Shown: piece by piece, positions 37,143 through 46,503 of the stretch | How positions within the stretch are numbered: position 1 is the first letter of the stretch | Layout of the letters: each line of letters opens with the position of its first letter | Notes under the pieces: model-generated | What the model saw: only the letters and a program-made list of their open reading frames with translations | Told to the model about the DNA's origin: nothing | Database searches by the model: none | Translations under genes and position numbers: made by a program | Assembly: GCA_013043165.1 (NCBI GenBank) | Contig: JABDOQ010000069.1 | Location: 12,827-76,826, forward strand | DNA: 64,000 bases | Direction of reading: 5' to 3' | Source: Woeseiaceae bacterium | GTDB lineage: Bacteria > Pseudomonadota > Gammaproteobacteria > Steroidobacterales > Woeseiaceae

Positions 37143-37826
37143 GTGATTAGAGTCACGGAAAACTTGCGAAAAATCCGCGATTTGCTGGCGATTTCAGCTG
37201 TTGAGGCCGAACGTGACCCGGAGACCGTCAGATTGCTCGCTGTGACCAAAAAACAGCCGCTGGACAAGATTCTCGCTGCGGCCTCAATGGGCCAGCGGGA
37301 TTTTGGCGAAAATACCGTTCAGGAAGGCGTCGACAAGATCCTTGCTGCGACGGAATCCGGCCTTACCTGGCATTTCATCGGACACCTGCAGAGTAATAAA
37401 ACACGTGCCGTGGCTGAAAACTTTGACTGGGTGCACAGTATCGACAAACTCAAGGTCGCAAAGCGGCTGAGCCAGCAGCGCCCCACATCGCTGCCGCCGC
37501 TGAATGTGTGTCTGCAGGTCAATATCGATGAAGAGCCGGGCAAATCCGGCATCAGCATTGACGAAGCGCCCGAGCTTGCGGCAGCCTGCATGGAATTGTC
37601 ACAGATTCGACTGCGCGGCCTGATGTGCCTTCCCAGGATCCGGCAGGAGTTTGCAGACCAGCGGCGGCCATTCGCAAGACTGCGCCAACTGGCCGACGCA
37701 CTCCGGGACATGGGAATCGATACCGATACGCTGTCGATGGGCATGAGTGCCGACTTTCGCGCCGCGATTTTTGAGGGTGCGACAATTGTAAGAATCGGCA
37801 CCGCAATATTTGGCGAACGAACTTAA
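37143..37826 (+). CDS. yggS: YggS-family pyridoxal-phosphate homeostasis protein
   Basis: LLAVTKKQP (PLP lysine), HFIGHLQSNK, MGMSADF. Divergent from pilT as in Pseudomonas. Confidence 0.9.
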   Translation: MIRVTENLRKIRDLLAISAVEAERDPETVRLLAVTKKQPLDKILAAASMGQRDFGENTVQEGVDKILAATESGLTWHFIGHLQSNKTRAVAENFDWVHSIDKLKVAKRLSQQRPTSLPPLNVCLQVNIDEEPGKSGISIDEAPELAAACMELSQIRLRGLMCLPRIRQEFADQRRPFARLRQLADALRDMGIDTDTLSMGMSADFRAAIFEGATIVRIGTAIFGERT

Positions 37827-37840
37827 GCGCAGGGAGAACG

Positions 37841-38680
37841 ATGGATTACGGAAAAGTAGCCTTTGTTGGCGGCGGAAATATGGCGCGAGCGCTCGCCGGC
37901 GGGATGCTCGCCGCGGGTTACGAGCCGGGCCATATCCTGATATGCGAGCCGCTCGCGGAGCACCGCAAGACACTTGTTGAAGAGCTTCCCGGCACCGTTA
38001 TTCGCGCGGACAACGCGACGTCGGTCGCCGAGGCCGAATGCGTAGTCCTTGCCGTCAAGCCGCAGATCCTGGGTGAGGTTTGCAAGCCGCTCGCACACAT
38101 CGTGCAAACGACCCGGCCACTCGTAATTTCGATTGCGGCCGGCATTCGCAGCAGCGACATCGATGCCTGGCTCGGGGGCAACCTCGCGGTCGTGCGCGTC
38201 ATGCCCAACCAGGCCGCGCTGTTGCGCCTCGGCATTTCCGGCATGTTCGCCAACGACAAAACGACCGAACTGCAGCTGCGGGCGGCTACCAACATCATCG
38301 CAACAACAGGCCCGGTAATACCGGTTTCGAGCGAAGCAGACATCGACACCGTCACGGCTGTCTCGGGCACCGGGCCCGCGTATTTTTACCTGCTCGTCGA
38401 TATGCTTGTGCAGGTGGCGGTTGACCTCGGCCTCGACTATGACGCGGCGCTGGCATTGGTTCTCGAAACGGCGCGCGGCGCCGGTGAGATGGCCGAGCAA
38501 TCGGGCGAGACCATGGATTCTCTGATCGCCCGCGTACGCTCTCCGGGTGGCACCACTGCTGCCGCATTCGACTATCTCGAGACCACCGACTTCCGCGATA
38601 TCTTCAGCGCTGCGGTTGTCGCCGCCCGCGACCGCGCCGTCGAACTCGCCGACCAGGCGCATGCAGCCGGTCAGGACTGA
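37841..38680 (+). CDS. proC: Pyrroline-5-carboxylate reductase
   Basis: VAFVGGGNMARALAGG, VRVMPN, and SPGGTTAAA near the C-terminus. Confidence 0.92.
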   Translation: MDYGKVAFVGGGNMARALAGGMLAAGYEPGHILICEPLAEHRKTLVEELPGTVIRADNATSVAEAECVVLAVKPQILGEVCKPLAHIVQTTRPLVISIAAGIRSSDIDAWLGGNLAVVRVMPNQAALLRLGISGMFANDKTTELQLRAATNIIATTGPVIPVSSEADIDTVTAVSGTGPAYFYLLVDMLVQVAVDLGLDYDAALALVLETARGAGEMAEQSGETMDSLIARVRSPGGTTAAAFDYLETTDFRDIFSAAVVAARDRAVELADQAHAAGQD

Positions 38681-38683
38681 GCC

Positions 38684-39244
38684 ATGCCATCCAATATCTC
38701 ATCCGCCATTGTATTCGTCGTTAACGCTATCACCAGCCTGTATCTGCTAGTGCTGTTGTTGCGCTTCTGGATGCCGTGGCTTCGCGCCGACTTTCGCAAT
38801 CCACTGGCTCAGGCAATATTGCGCTTCACGTCACCAATTGTCATTCCGGTTCGCCGCATCGTGCCCTCGTTCGGACGGTTGGACACGGCGACGGTGCTGG
38901 TCGCGTTCGTCATCCAGTACCTGACGGTGCTGTTACTGCTGCTGATCATGGGAACAACGGCAGGTATTGCGGCAATTGCCTTGACGGCATTCGTCAAACT
39001 AATCGTGTTGTCCATCAACCTGTTTGTTTATGCGATCTTTATTCGCATTATCCTGAGCTGGATATCACAGGGCGGCTACAATCCGGCGACAGCGATCATC
39101 ACGACGCTCACCGAGCCCGTGCTGCGGCCATTCCGACGACTGATCCCACCCATGGGCGGTTTCGATATTTCGCCCATATTTGCGATCATCCTGCTGCTTG
39201 CAGCAACTATCGTCGTCAATGGACTCCGGCCCCTGGGGATCTGA
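38684..39244 (+). CDS. yggT: YggT family membrane protein
   Basis: Multi-TM protein with duplicated YGGT-type segments (ILRFTSPIVIPVRRIVP / LTEPVLRPFRRLIPPMGGFDISP), directly after proC. Confidence 0.85.
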   Translation: MPSNISSAIVFVVNAITSLYLLVLLLRFWMPWLRADFRNPLAQAILRFTSPIVIPVRRIVPSFGRLDTATVLVAFVIQYLTVLLLLLIMGTTAGIAAIALTAFVKLIVLSINLFVYAIFIRIILSWISQGGYNPATAIITTLTEPVLRPFRRLIPPMGGFDISPIFAIILLLAATIVVNGLRPLGI

Positions 39245-39298
39245 GTGCGCGATGGCCCGCGAATAGTCTATAGTGAGGTAAAACAGGGAGCAGGTTTC

Positions 39299-39772
39299 AT
39301 GACGATTACCAGAACACTTATCTCTTTGTCATTGCTCGCGCTGGTCGCTGCCTGCGGCAGATCCGGCGATTCAGCCGACGTGCCGGACGCACAGCCTGCC
39401 GGCGCAACATCCGCTGATATCGGCGCTCACGTCATTCACTTCAGTGCACAGTCCACTGATGAACTACCCCCTGAAATTGCGAAGGCCTATAACATTCTTC
39501 GTAGCAAGAACCGGGCAATGCTCAATGTATCTGTCATCCGCAAAGCGGACAAAGCGCCGGTCGCTGCCACCGTCACGGTAAAAACCGTAAACCTGACCGG
39601 GCAACTCAAGAACGTCACGATGCGGCAGATCGACGAACAGGAAGCGATTTATTACATCGGCGAAACTGCCGTGGCAAATCGCGAGACCCTGGTCTTCGAC
39701 ATCACTGTCATTCCGGACGGCGAGCAACAGCCATCCAATGTCCGTTTTAAGCGACAGTTCTATACCGACTGA
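39299..39772 (+). CDS. Lipoprotein, probably DUF4426 family
   Basis: MTITRTLISLSLLALVAACG lipobox. It follows yggT, where Pseudomonas encodes a DUF4426 protein. The family assignment comes from synteny and memory, not a search. Confidence 0.55.
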   Translation: MTITRTLISLSLLALVAACGRSGDSADVPDAQPAGATSADIGAHVIHFSAQSTDELPPEIAKAYNILRSKNRAMLNVSVIRKADKAPVAATVTVKTVNLTGQLKNVTMRQIDEQEAIYYIGETAVANRETLVFDITVIPDGEQQPSNVRFKRQFYTD

Positions 39773-39909
39773 AAAAACCCGCAGAAAACCCCTTTTGCGG
39801 CTTACGAACCTGCAAAACATGTGTTATCGTCGCGCTGCCTTCAATGCGGGCCTAGCCCGTTTTACCGCGAGCCTTCGCTCGTTTTTCTATTTCTAGGAGT
39901 CAGTTTTTC

Positions 39910-40230
39910 ATGGCCACAAATACGAACAAGCCACCCACCAAGTCCGAAATCTACGCAAAGATCGTTGACGACACCGGTCTGGCACGCAAAGACGTTGCCG
40001 CCGTTTTCGAATCGCTTAATGGTCAGATCAAGAAAAACCTTGGCGGTCGCGGTGCCCCGGGTATGTTCACGGTACCTGGCCTCTTGAAGATGCGCGTCGT
40101 AAAAAAACCTGCTCGCGCAGCACGCAGGGGCACGAACCCGTTCACAGGCGAAGAGATGATGTTCAAGGCCAAGCCTGCGACGAAAGTCGTGAAGGTTTCT
40201 GCTCTCAAAGGCCTGAAAGACATGGTCTGA
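39910..40230 (+). CDS. HU/IHF-family DNA-binding protein with a short N-terminal extension
   Basis: KSEIYAKIVDDTGLARKDVAAVFESL...RRGTNPFTGEEMMFKAKPA (beta-arm) ...KALKD. 106 aa. Confidence 0.8.
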   Translation: MATNTNKPPTKSEIYAKIVDDTGLARKDVAAVFESLNGQIKKNLGGRGAPGMFTVPGLLKMRVVKKPARAARRGTNPFTGEEMMFKAKPATKVVKVSALKGLKDMV

Positions 40231-40256
40231 TATTCAGGTTTGCACTGAATAATGAA

Positions 40257-40282
40257 AGCCGGGGCTCGCCCCGGTTTTTTTA
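40257..40282 (+). terminator. Rho-independent terminator after the HU-like gene
   Basis: AGCCGGGG-CTCG-CCCCGGTT stem-loop followed by TTTTTTT. Confidence 0.75.
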
Positions 40283-40936
40283 TGGCTGCGACCGCGTGTC
40301 AGCGGCTGCGCTTACGAAATCCACAACGGCTTCGCGCAAGTCAATCAGGCGGCCGTGAAAGAAATGTTCGGCACCAGGCAAAATCAGCAACTCCGGTCCA
40401 GGCTGCAAACTGTTTACCCAGGCAATCGTTTCATCCACTCCGACCAGCTCATCTTCGTCGCCCTGAACGATCAGCCACGGGCATTGTGGTTGCGTCATAA
40501 GGCCCGATGCAAATCGGGACACGGCCGGCGCGACGCTGATCAGGCCAGCAACGTCAATTTCAGCCGCGGCGCGTACGGCAATGGCCGCGCCGAACGAAAA
40601 TCCGGCGAGCCACAGCGGATCGTCGGCCTGCCGCGCACGCATCCAGGCGATAGCAGCCAACGCATCATCCAGTTCACCGACGCCCTCGTCGAAACGACCC
40701 TCGCTCTTTTCGGTGCCGCGGAAGTTAAAGCGTAAAACGGCGAACCCCATGCGCAAGAATGCACCGGCAAGGGTATGCACCACCTTGTTGTGCATCGTCC
40801 CGCCGTGCTGTGGGTGCGGATGACAAACGACGACGGACCCGACCCGGTCGGGACCCGACTGAATTTCAAAGACGGCTTCGAGTTGTCCGACCGGACCGTC
40901 GATGAACAATTTCTCGGATTCGGGCGCTTTCGCCAT
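40280..40936 (-). CDS. Alpha/beta hydrolase fold protein
   Basis: VVCHPHPQHGGTMHNKVV, a nucleophile elbow LAGFSFGA, and LIVQGDEDE. The start is either ATG 40936 or TTG 40960. Confidence 0.7.
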   Translation of the reverse strand: MAKAPESEKLFIDGPVGQLEAVFEIQSGPDRVGSVVVCHPHPQHGGTMHNKVVHTLAGAFLRMGFAVLRFNFRGTEKSEGRFDEGVGELDDALAAIAWMRARQADDPLWLAGFSFGAAIAVRAAAEIDVAGLISVAPAVSRFASGLMTQPQCPWLIVQGDEDELVGVDETIAWVNSLQPGPELLILPGAEHFFHGRLIDLREAVVDFVSAAADTRSQP

Positions 40937-41140
40937 TAACTTTTCCGTTGTGAGCCGCAAGCGGGTGGCCTGATCTATGGTTATTACTGTAAAATTATGA
41001 CCTTATGCAATACTTGTGGATGTTGAAAGGGCTTTGAAGCCAAGGCAGGTGACTCCATGAGTTCCAGTATGGACCTCGAGATGAAATATTGCGCACACGA
41101 CTACCATCCTTCGCACGTTGCATAGAAAGGAACCGCTCGA

Positions 41141-42067
41141 ATGCCTGAAGTCACGGCCGTAAACATCGCCCTGCTCGCGCTGGCTTTACTGGTCGGTATG
41201 ATCGTCGGCTGGCTCTTGCGCAGCAGGCGATCCTCCGGGGAAAAGGCGGCGATCAATGCCGGCTGGCAGGAACAAATAGAGGCGCAAAGAGCTGAGCATC
41301 AACGGCTGGTCGATCAAAGCAAGGGCTTGATGGACCAAATCAGCCAGTTCCAGGCCTCGAACCGGGATGCGAAAAACCGCGCCAAGGCGCTGTCGGCAGC
41401 CGCGCAAAAGGCCTCTGCGCGGCGCGATGAGCTGCAGCGCGAGATCAAAGACATTCGCAACAATCTCGAGGTCGTCGTGTCACAGCGCGATCAGCTGCAG
41501 ACTGAGTCGGCAGCTCACGACAGCAGTAAAAATGCTGTCCAGCAAAAAGACGAGAAAATATTCCAGCTCAGCCGTGAGTTGGAAAACTGGCAGAATCGAC
41601 TGCCCCCTTTGATCGAGCGATACAAGACAAGAAATGAAGAAGCCGAGCGGCTCGAGGCCGATCTCGCTCGCGCCCGACTCCGTATCGAGGAACTCGAAGA
41701 GGAGTCCGTGACCAATCAGACGCGCATCGAGCCGGTACGGGATCCGGAAATGCTCACTGATGGCCGCGACGCCTCAAATGATCCCAGTGACAGGACGGCC
41801 GACCGTGAAGTCCTGTCTGCAGCAACCGCCGACGATGATCATGCCAAGACACTTCGCGACAACTTGAAAAAAATCAAGGGAGTTGGCCCCGCGATCGAAA
41901 AAACGCTCAACGAGATGGGCATTTTCCGATTCCAGCAAATAGCTGATATGAGCGAGTACGATATCGATCGCGTCGCACAGCGACTCAAGGGCTTCCATAG
42001 CCGCATTTATCGCGAAAACTGGATCGGTCAGGCACGCGATCTCAGTGACGGCAGCAGACACATCTAA
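41141..42067 (+). CDS. Hypothetical membrane-anchored coiled-coil protein with a C-terminal helix-hairpin-helix-like module
   Basis: N-terminal TM (VNIALLALALLVGMIVGWLL), then about 200 aa of heptad-rich E/Q/R/L sequence. The C-terminus is LKKIKGVGPAIEKTLNEMGIFRFQQIADMSEYDIDRVAQRLKGFHSRIYRENWIGQARDL. Confidence 0.55.
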   Translation: MPEVTAVNIALLALALLVGMIVGWLLRSRRSSGEKAAINAGWQEQIEAQRAEHQRLVDQSKGLMDQISQFQASNRDAKNRAKALSAAAQKASARRDELQREIKDIRNNLEVVVSQRDQLQTESAAHDSSKNAVQQKDEKIFQLSRELENWQNRLPPLIERYKTRNEEAERLEADLARARLRIEELEEESVTNQTRIEPVRDPEMLTDGRDASNDPSDRTADREVLSAATADDDHAKTLRDNLKKIKGVGPAIEKTLNEMGIFRFQQIADMSEYDIDRVAQRLKGFHSRIYRENWIGQARDLSDGSRHI

Positions 42068-42070
42068 CCC

Positions 42071-42943
42071 GTGCGGCCCAACTTTCGAATCGCGACAGTA
42101 TCCCTGGCCATGTTTGTCGGAATGCTTGCCTGTTTCGCTGTTGGCAGCGGCTATACCAGCCATGAGCCTGGTGCCGCGCAGTATTCTGCGCTCGAGCCGC
42201 CTCGCTTCGAGTTCTCGATTCGCCGCGGAACTCTGCATCTCGCGGGTCATACCGCTTCTTCGGCCCACGAACAACAGCTGCTGCAGACGGCCAGACGGGT
42301 TTTTCCGGACGCCGAGAAAGTCACTGATTTCAGGCCACTCGGACTGGTGCCCGCAAAATGGACGGCCGCAACCGTGTCTGTACTGGAGGCACTTTCCGCC
42401 ACGCAGTCTTCCAGCGCACTTCTGACGAATCACGCATTGCATATCCGCGGCATAGCCACCGAGGAGTGGCCGGAACAAGTAGAAGTATTGCGAGCCTCGC
42501 TGCAGGGACCTGTCGATCTTGAGGCTGATATGGTCATACCGGACGCTACGATCCGCGTCGCAAAACTGTGCAAGCGAGCATTTGCCGCACACCGACCGGG
42601 TACGATCAGTTTCGAAGAATCGGGCACCACTTTCCGCAGCGCAGCTTACGCGGCGCTCGATCGGACAATCTCGCTCGCCAATGCCTGTCGCGATTCCAGC
42701 ATTTCGATCACGGGCCACACGGACTCATCGGGACATGAGAGCTGGAATCGACGCCTGAGCCTGGCCCGGGCGAAGGCGGTCGCCGACTATCTTGCAGAAC
42801 GGGGCGTTTCGCGCGAACGCCTGATCGTTATCGGCGCAGGGTCATCCGAGCCAGTAGCGGATAATGCGACGCACTATGGTCGCAGCATGAACCGGCGCAT
42901 CAGTATTGTTCTGCACGACCGCAATGACGCCGAACAAACCTAG
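42071..42943 (+). CDS. OmpA-family peptidoglycan-binding protein
   Basis: N-terminal hydrophobic anchor. C-terminal OmpA-like domain ITGHTDSSGHESWNRRLSLARAKAVADYLAERGVSRERLIVIGAGSSEPV...NRRISIVL. Starts 3 nt after the preceding gene. Confidence 0.78.
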   Translation: MRPNFRIATVSLAMFVGMLACFAVGSGYTSHEPGAAQYSALEPPRFEFSIRRGTLHLAGHTASSAHEQQLLQTARRVFPDAEKVTDFRPLGLVPAKWTAATVSVLEALSATQSSSALLTNHALHIRGIATEEWPEQVEVLRASLQGPVDLEADMVIPDATIRVAKLCKRAFAAHRPGTISFEESGTTFRSAAYAALDRTISLANACRDSSISITGHTDSSGHESWNRRLSLARAKAVADYLAERGVSRERLIVIGAGSSEPVADNATHYGRSMNRRISIVLHDRNDAEQT

Positions 42944-42949
42944 CTACGA

Positions 42950-43444
42950 TTATTCGGCTGCCGGCTCATTTGAATCGGTCAGTTTCACAAGCTCAATCTC
43001 GAACAGCAGCGTCGCATTCGGCGGCACAGGCGGTTTGCCGCGTGCGCCATAGCCGAGCTCCGGAGCAATCTTCAGCTCACGGGTCTCGCCAACCCGCATG
43101 CAGACGACGCCCAGGTCCCAGCCCCTGATAACCTGCCCGGAATCGAGCATGAACTGGAAAGGCTCGACACCACCCGAGGTCCAAATCTCGGTACCTCTGC
43201 CGCCAGGCGCATTTTCGTCGTGCAACCAGAGCGTGGTATGTACGTCCGCATAATCGCCGGCGACCGCGGTGCGGCCGTACCCTTTGTTCGTAATTGTTCC
43301 CGTCAGGCCCTCGGCGATCCGAATCACGCCGCTTTCGTCAGCCTCCGCACATGCGGCAGTGCCGGCAACCTCTTGCTTCGCTTGACCGCAGCTGCTCAGG
43401 ATTGCCGCAGCAAGAATCGCGACCGCAAAAGTGCCCTGTTTCAT
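42950..43444 (-). CDS. FKBP-type peptidyl-prolyl cis-trans isomerase, lipoprotein
   Basis: [20 protein letters not shown] lipobox. FKBP domain [48 protein letters not shown] 43444 overlaps the msrB stop (ATGA). Confidence 0.85.
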   Translation of the reverse strand: MKQGTFAVAILAAAILSSCGQAKQEVAGTAACAEADESGVIRIAEGLTGTITNKGYGRTAVAGDYADVHTTLWLHDENAPGGRGTEIWTSGGVEPFQFMLDSGQVIRGWDLGVVCMRVGETRELKIAPELGYGARGKPPVPPNATLLFEIELVKLTDSNEPAAE

Positions 43445-43836
43445 TCGTCCGATTCCCTGAAGTCGAGCGATGCCGAATTGATGCAGTATCTCAGGCCTGA
43501 TGGCTCCGGACCATCCTCGAATACGTGACCAAGATGGGCGTCGCAATTGGCGCAAACGACCTCGGTGCGCGTCATACCGTGGGTAGCATCAGTCCTGGTA
43601 CGAACTGCGTCGCCCGCCAGCGGTAACCAGAAACTCGGCCAGCCGGAGCCGGAGTCGTATTTATGATCGGAACGGAACAGCGGTGCATCGCAACAAACAC
43701 AGAGATAGTCGCCATTGCCCTTGTGGTCCACGTATTTGCCCGTGAAAGGGCGTTCGGTCGCCGCCTTCTGGGTGACCTGGTACTGCTCCTCGTTAAGCTT
43801 GTCCCGCAGGCTCTTGTCGCTGCTGTCGCTACTCAC
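43441..43836 (-). CDS. msrB: Peptide-methionine (R)-S-oxide reductase
   Basis: [14 protein letters not shown] and the [12 protein letters not shown] zinc and catalytic motifs. 131 aa. Overlaps the htpG stop by 8 nt. Confidence 0.93.
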   Translation of the reverse strand: MSSDSSDKSLRDKLNEEQYQVTQKAATERPFTGKYVDHKGNGDYLCVCCDAPLFRSDHKYDSGSGWPSFWLPLAGDAVRTRTDATHGMTRTEVVCANCDAHLGHVFEDGPEPSGLRYCINSASLDFRESDE

Positions 43837-45718
43837 CGGCCCCTCCCGAATTCAAATCAAGTAATAGTTTGTTCATACGCTGCACGTATTTTGCTGGATT
43901 ATCCAGCTGCCCGCCTTCGGCGAGCAACGCATGGTCCATGACGATATTCGAAAGATCGTCGAAGACCGCCTCGTCAGCTTCTGTGGACAGGCGGCCGACC
44001 AGCGGATGTTCGACGTTGATCTCGAGAATCGGCCTGGATTCCGGAATCGCCTGGCCGCTGGCTTCGAGCATACGCCGCAGCTGCGGGCTGATATCGTTTT
44101 CGGCCGCAACAACGCAGGCAGGGGAATCGACGAGACGGCGACTGACTTTGACGGCGTCGACCCGACTGCCAAGGGTTTTCTTCATCTTTTCCAGGAGCGA
44201 CCTGTGCTGCTCGTTAATCTCATCCTCGGATGCTTCCGCAACACTCTCGGGCAGGTCGGGCGTCGACCGCCCAACATCCACGAGCGCCCTACCATCAAAT
44301 TCGGCGAGGCTATCCACCAGCCACGGGTCGATGCGATCGGTCAGCAGCAACACCTCGATGCCGCGCTTTCGTAGTTGTTCCAGGTGCGGGCTGGCGACGG
44401 CCGTCGAATAATTGTCAGCCAGTATGAAATAGATCTTGTCCTGTTCCGGTCCGGCCCGGCCGATGTAGTCTGCGAGCGACTGGTCCTGGGCGTCATTGTC
44501 ACCGTGCGTCGACGCAAATCGCAGCAGCCCGGCCAGCTTTTCCCTGTTTGCCTGATCTTCAATCACGCCCTCTTTGAGAACCTGTCCGAATTCGCGCCAG
44601 ACAGTCCGGTAGTCGTCAGAATCACTGGATGCCATCTTCTCCAACATGCCAAGCACGCGGCGCGTCAGGGCGCCACGCATCGCCACAAGATCCGGATTTT
44701 GCTGCAGCAACTCTCGTGAAACATTAAGCGGCAGGTCAGATGAATCCACGACCCCTTTGACGAAACGCAGATACAACGGCAGGAACTGTTCCGCGTCGTC
44801 CATGATGAACACCCGCTGCACATACAGTTTCAGTCCCCTCGGCGCGTCACGATTCCACAGATCGAATGGCGCTGCCGCCGGTATGAAAAGGAGGCTCGTA
44901 TACTCCCTCTTGCCCTCGACGCGGTTGTGGCTCCAAGCAAGCGGATCGACAAAATCATGCGTCAGGTATTTGTAGAATTCCTTGTAATCATCATCCTTGA
45001 CATCGCTGCGCGGGCGCGTCCAAAGAGCGGTTGCCGAGTTGACGATGCGGGGCTCTTTGTCATCATCACCGACCACCGACAGCGAAACCGGGAAGCCAAT
45101 GTGATCCGAATATTTCCGGATCAGTGTTTCGACGCGCAACGGCTCGGCGAATTCTTTTTGGTCGTCCTTGAGACTTAGCGTGACCCTGGTACCACGTTCT
45201 GCCCGGTCGATGTTCTCGACAGCGAACTCGCCTTCGCCGTCAGATTCCCACCTGACGGCTTCGTTCGCCGCAAGGCCGGCGCGGCGAGTCTCGACCGTGA
45301 CTTTGTTCGCGACGATAAAGCTCGAGTAGAAACCGACACCAAACTGTCCAATCAGCTGCGCATCGTGCTTTTTGTCTCCGGTCATCTGCTCCAGGAATTC
45401 AGCGGTCCCGGACCGGGCTATGGTGCCAAGATTGTCGATGAGTTCATCGCGAGACATGCCAATGCCGTTGTCGATTATTGAAAGCTGCTGCTTGTCCGTA
45501 TCTACCTGGATACTAATTGAAAGGTCCGTCTCGCCGCCCAGCAAATCGGGGTTTGCCAGCGATTCGAAGCGCAATTTGTCGGTCGCGTCAGAGGCGTTGG
45601 AAATTAATTCGCGTAGAAAGATTTCCTTGTTGCTGTACAGGGAATGGATCATCAGCTTGAGAAGCTGACGGACCTCTGTCTGGAATCCCAGTGTTTCACG
45701 CTTTGAACTGTCCACCAC
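43829..45718 (-). CDS. htpG: Molecular chaperone HtpG (Hsp90)
   Basis: [38 protein letters not shown] matches the E. coli HtpG N-terminus. Start moved to GTG 45718, which has AGGAGG 8 nt upstream. The track start at 45748 lies only 2 nt after the sigma-32 -10 element. Confidence 0.92.
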   Translation of the reverse strand: MVDSSKRETLGFQTEVRQLLKLMIHSLYSNKEIFLRELISNASDATDKLRFESLANPDLLGGETDLSISIQVDTDKQQLSIIDNGIGMSRDELIDNLGTIARSGTAEFLEQMTGDKKHDAQLIGQFGVGFYSSFIVANKVTVETRRAGLAANEAVRWESDGEGEFAVENIDRAERGTRVTLSLKDDQKEFAEPLRVETLIRKYSDHIGFPVSLSVVGDDDKEPRIVNSATALWTRPRSDVKDDDYKEFYKYLTHDFVDPLAWSHNRVEGKREYTSLLFIPAAAPFDLWNRDAPRGLKLYVQRVFIMDDAEQFLPLYLRFVKGVVDSSDLPLNVSRELLQQNPDLVAMRGALTRRVLGMLEKMASSDSDDYRTVWREFGQVLKEGVIEDQANREKLAGLLRFASTHGDNDAQDQSLADYIGRAGPEQDKIYFILADNYSTAVASPHLEQLRKRGIEVLLLTDRIDPWLVDSLAEFDGRALVDVGRSTPDLPESVAEASEDEINEQHRSLLEKMKKTLGSRVDAVKVSRRLVDSPACVVAAENDISPQLRRMLEASGQAIPESRPILEINVEHPLVGRLSTEADEAVFDDLSNIVMDHALLAEGGQLDNPAKYVQRMNKLLLDLNSGGAGE

Positions 45719-45749
45719 GCCGAATACCTCCTGACCGAAGTCAGACACG

Positions 45750-45775
45750 ATGGGGACTATTCTCGTGATTTCAAG
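45750..45775 (-). promoter_or_regulatory. Sigma-32 (heat-shock) promoter of htpG
   Basis: The minus strand reads GGGCTTGAAA-N13-CCCCATCG (-35 at 45775..45769, -10 at 45755..45750). This is a near-perfect match to the consensus CCCTTGAA-N13-15-CCCCATNT. Confidence 0.75.
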
Positions 45776-45802
45776 CCCGGGATTCAGGCCTGTTTACCGG
45801 CT

Positions 45803-46054
45803 TCAGATCTGCTGTAGCGGTTCGGTGCAGGGCGCGGTGACCGCTCGGTAAAGAAGCGCGACCAGCAGAAGCACGCAGGTTGCCAGCGCGATGGGCGGAT
45901 GCCAGACAGCGAGCAGAACGCCGGAGCTCACTGATGCCCCGAAGATGAGTAACGTCAAGATGGTCATCAGTATTCTGCGGAGTCTTTCATAGACGAGGCC
46001 GAACGCTCCGATCACGTCATCGATATCATCCATATACTGAAGCAGCCGTTCCAT
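45803..46054 (-). CDS. Hypothetical small membrane protein (83 aa, two predicted TM helices)
   Basis: MERLLQYMDDIDDVIGAFGLVYERLRRILMTILTLLIFGASVSSGVLLAVWHPPIALATCVLLLVALLY.. The family is not recognised. The start choice is based on the hydrophobic profile. Confidence 0.4.
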   Translation of the reverse strand: MERLLQYMDDIDDVIGAFGLVYERLRRILMTILTLLIFGASVSSGVLLAVWHPPIALATCVLLLVALLYRAVTAPCTEPLQQI

Positions 46055-46064
46055 AAAGACGCGT

Positions 46065-46280
46065 CTATCGTACGATCGACAAGAGCGGCCCGGCACCGTT
46101 CGCATCGCCGCTGTGTGTTTCCGCTTCGTCCAGCGAGGCATTGTTGTATTCTTTGGCGTGGGCGATAGCACGGTGGAACATTTCCCAGCGCTGCCGTGCG
46201 GACTCGCTTTTTAGTGCATCGACAGCGGACCCGGATTTTTTTAGGTGGTTTGACATACTCGAAAGGTAACGTTCATCCAT
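46065..46280 (-). CDS. Hypothetical small soluble protein (63-71 aa)
   Basis: This ORF lies 10 nt upstream of the small membrane protein gene. MDERYLSSMSNHLKKSGSAVDALKSESARQRWEMFHRAIAHAKEYNNASLDEAE.. is helical-looking. No SD was recognised. Confidence 0.3.
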   Translation of the reverse strand: MDERYLSSMSNHLKKSGSAVDALKSESARQRWEMFHRAIAHAKEYNNASLDEAETHSGDANGAGPLLSIVR

Positions 46281-46451
46281 GAATTGGGTTGACTATAAAG
46301 CGACCAACATTCAATGGCCGTGAGATAGATCACAGCTTGTTCCAGAAGTTTGTCATCCGCTTGGGAATAGTCTGGAAACAAGACGCAGTTCCCCTTTCGG
46401 GCGGGATCGAAATCACACCTTGAATCCGCTGCAAAGGTTCGCTCAGTCAGA

Positions 46452-46486
46452 ATGCAAAACGCCGGCATGCAGCCGGCGTTTTGCAT
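46452..46486. terminator. Bidirectional intrinsic terminator (perfect 15-bp palindrome)
   Basis: ATGCAAAACGCCGGC-ATGCA-GCCGGCGTTTTGCAT. The GC core is flanked by A and T runs. It lies 18 nt downstream of the 89-aa ORF stop. Confidence 0.75.
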
Positions 46487-46503
46487 ATGTCAAATCGGAG
46501 CGT

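Noticed and set aside
37823-38662. 279-aa ORF on the minus strand, almost exactly mirroring proC (also 279 aa)
   Set aside because: It is antisense to a gene with unmistakable ProC motifs. Its translation is Arg/Ala/Gly-rich with no recognisable domain. This is the usual long shadow ORF of high-GC coding DNA.
41774-42718. 314-aa minus-strand ORF
   Set aside because: It is antisense to the coiled-coil and OmpA genes. The OmpA C-terminal domain on the plus strand is unambiguous, and the antisense product has no features.
45719-45748. Longer htpG start (GTG 45748)
   Set aside because: It lies 2 nt after the sigma-32 -10 hexamer and has no SD. GTG 45718 has AGGAGG at ideal spacing and matches the E. 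coli HtpG N-terminus.
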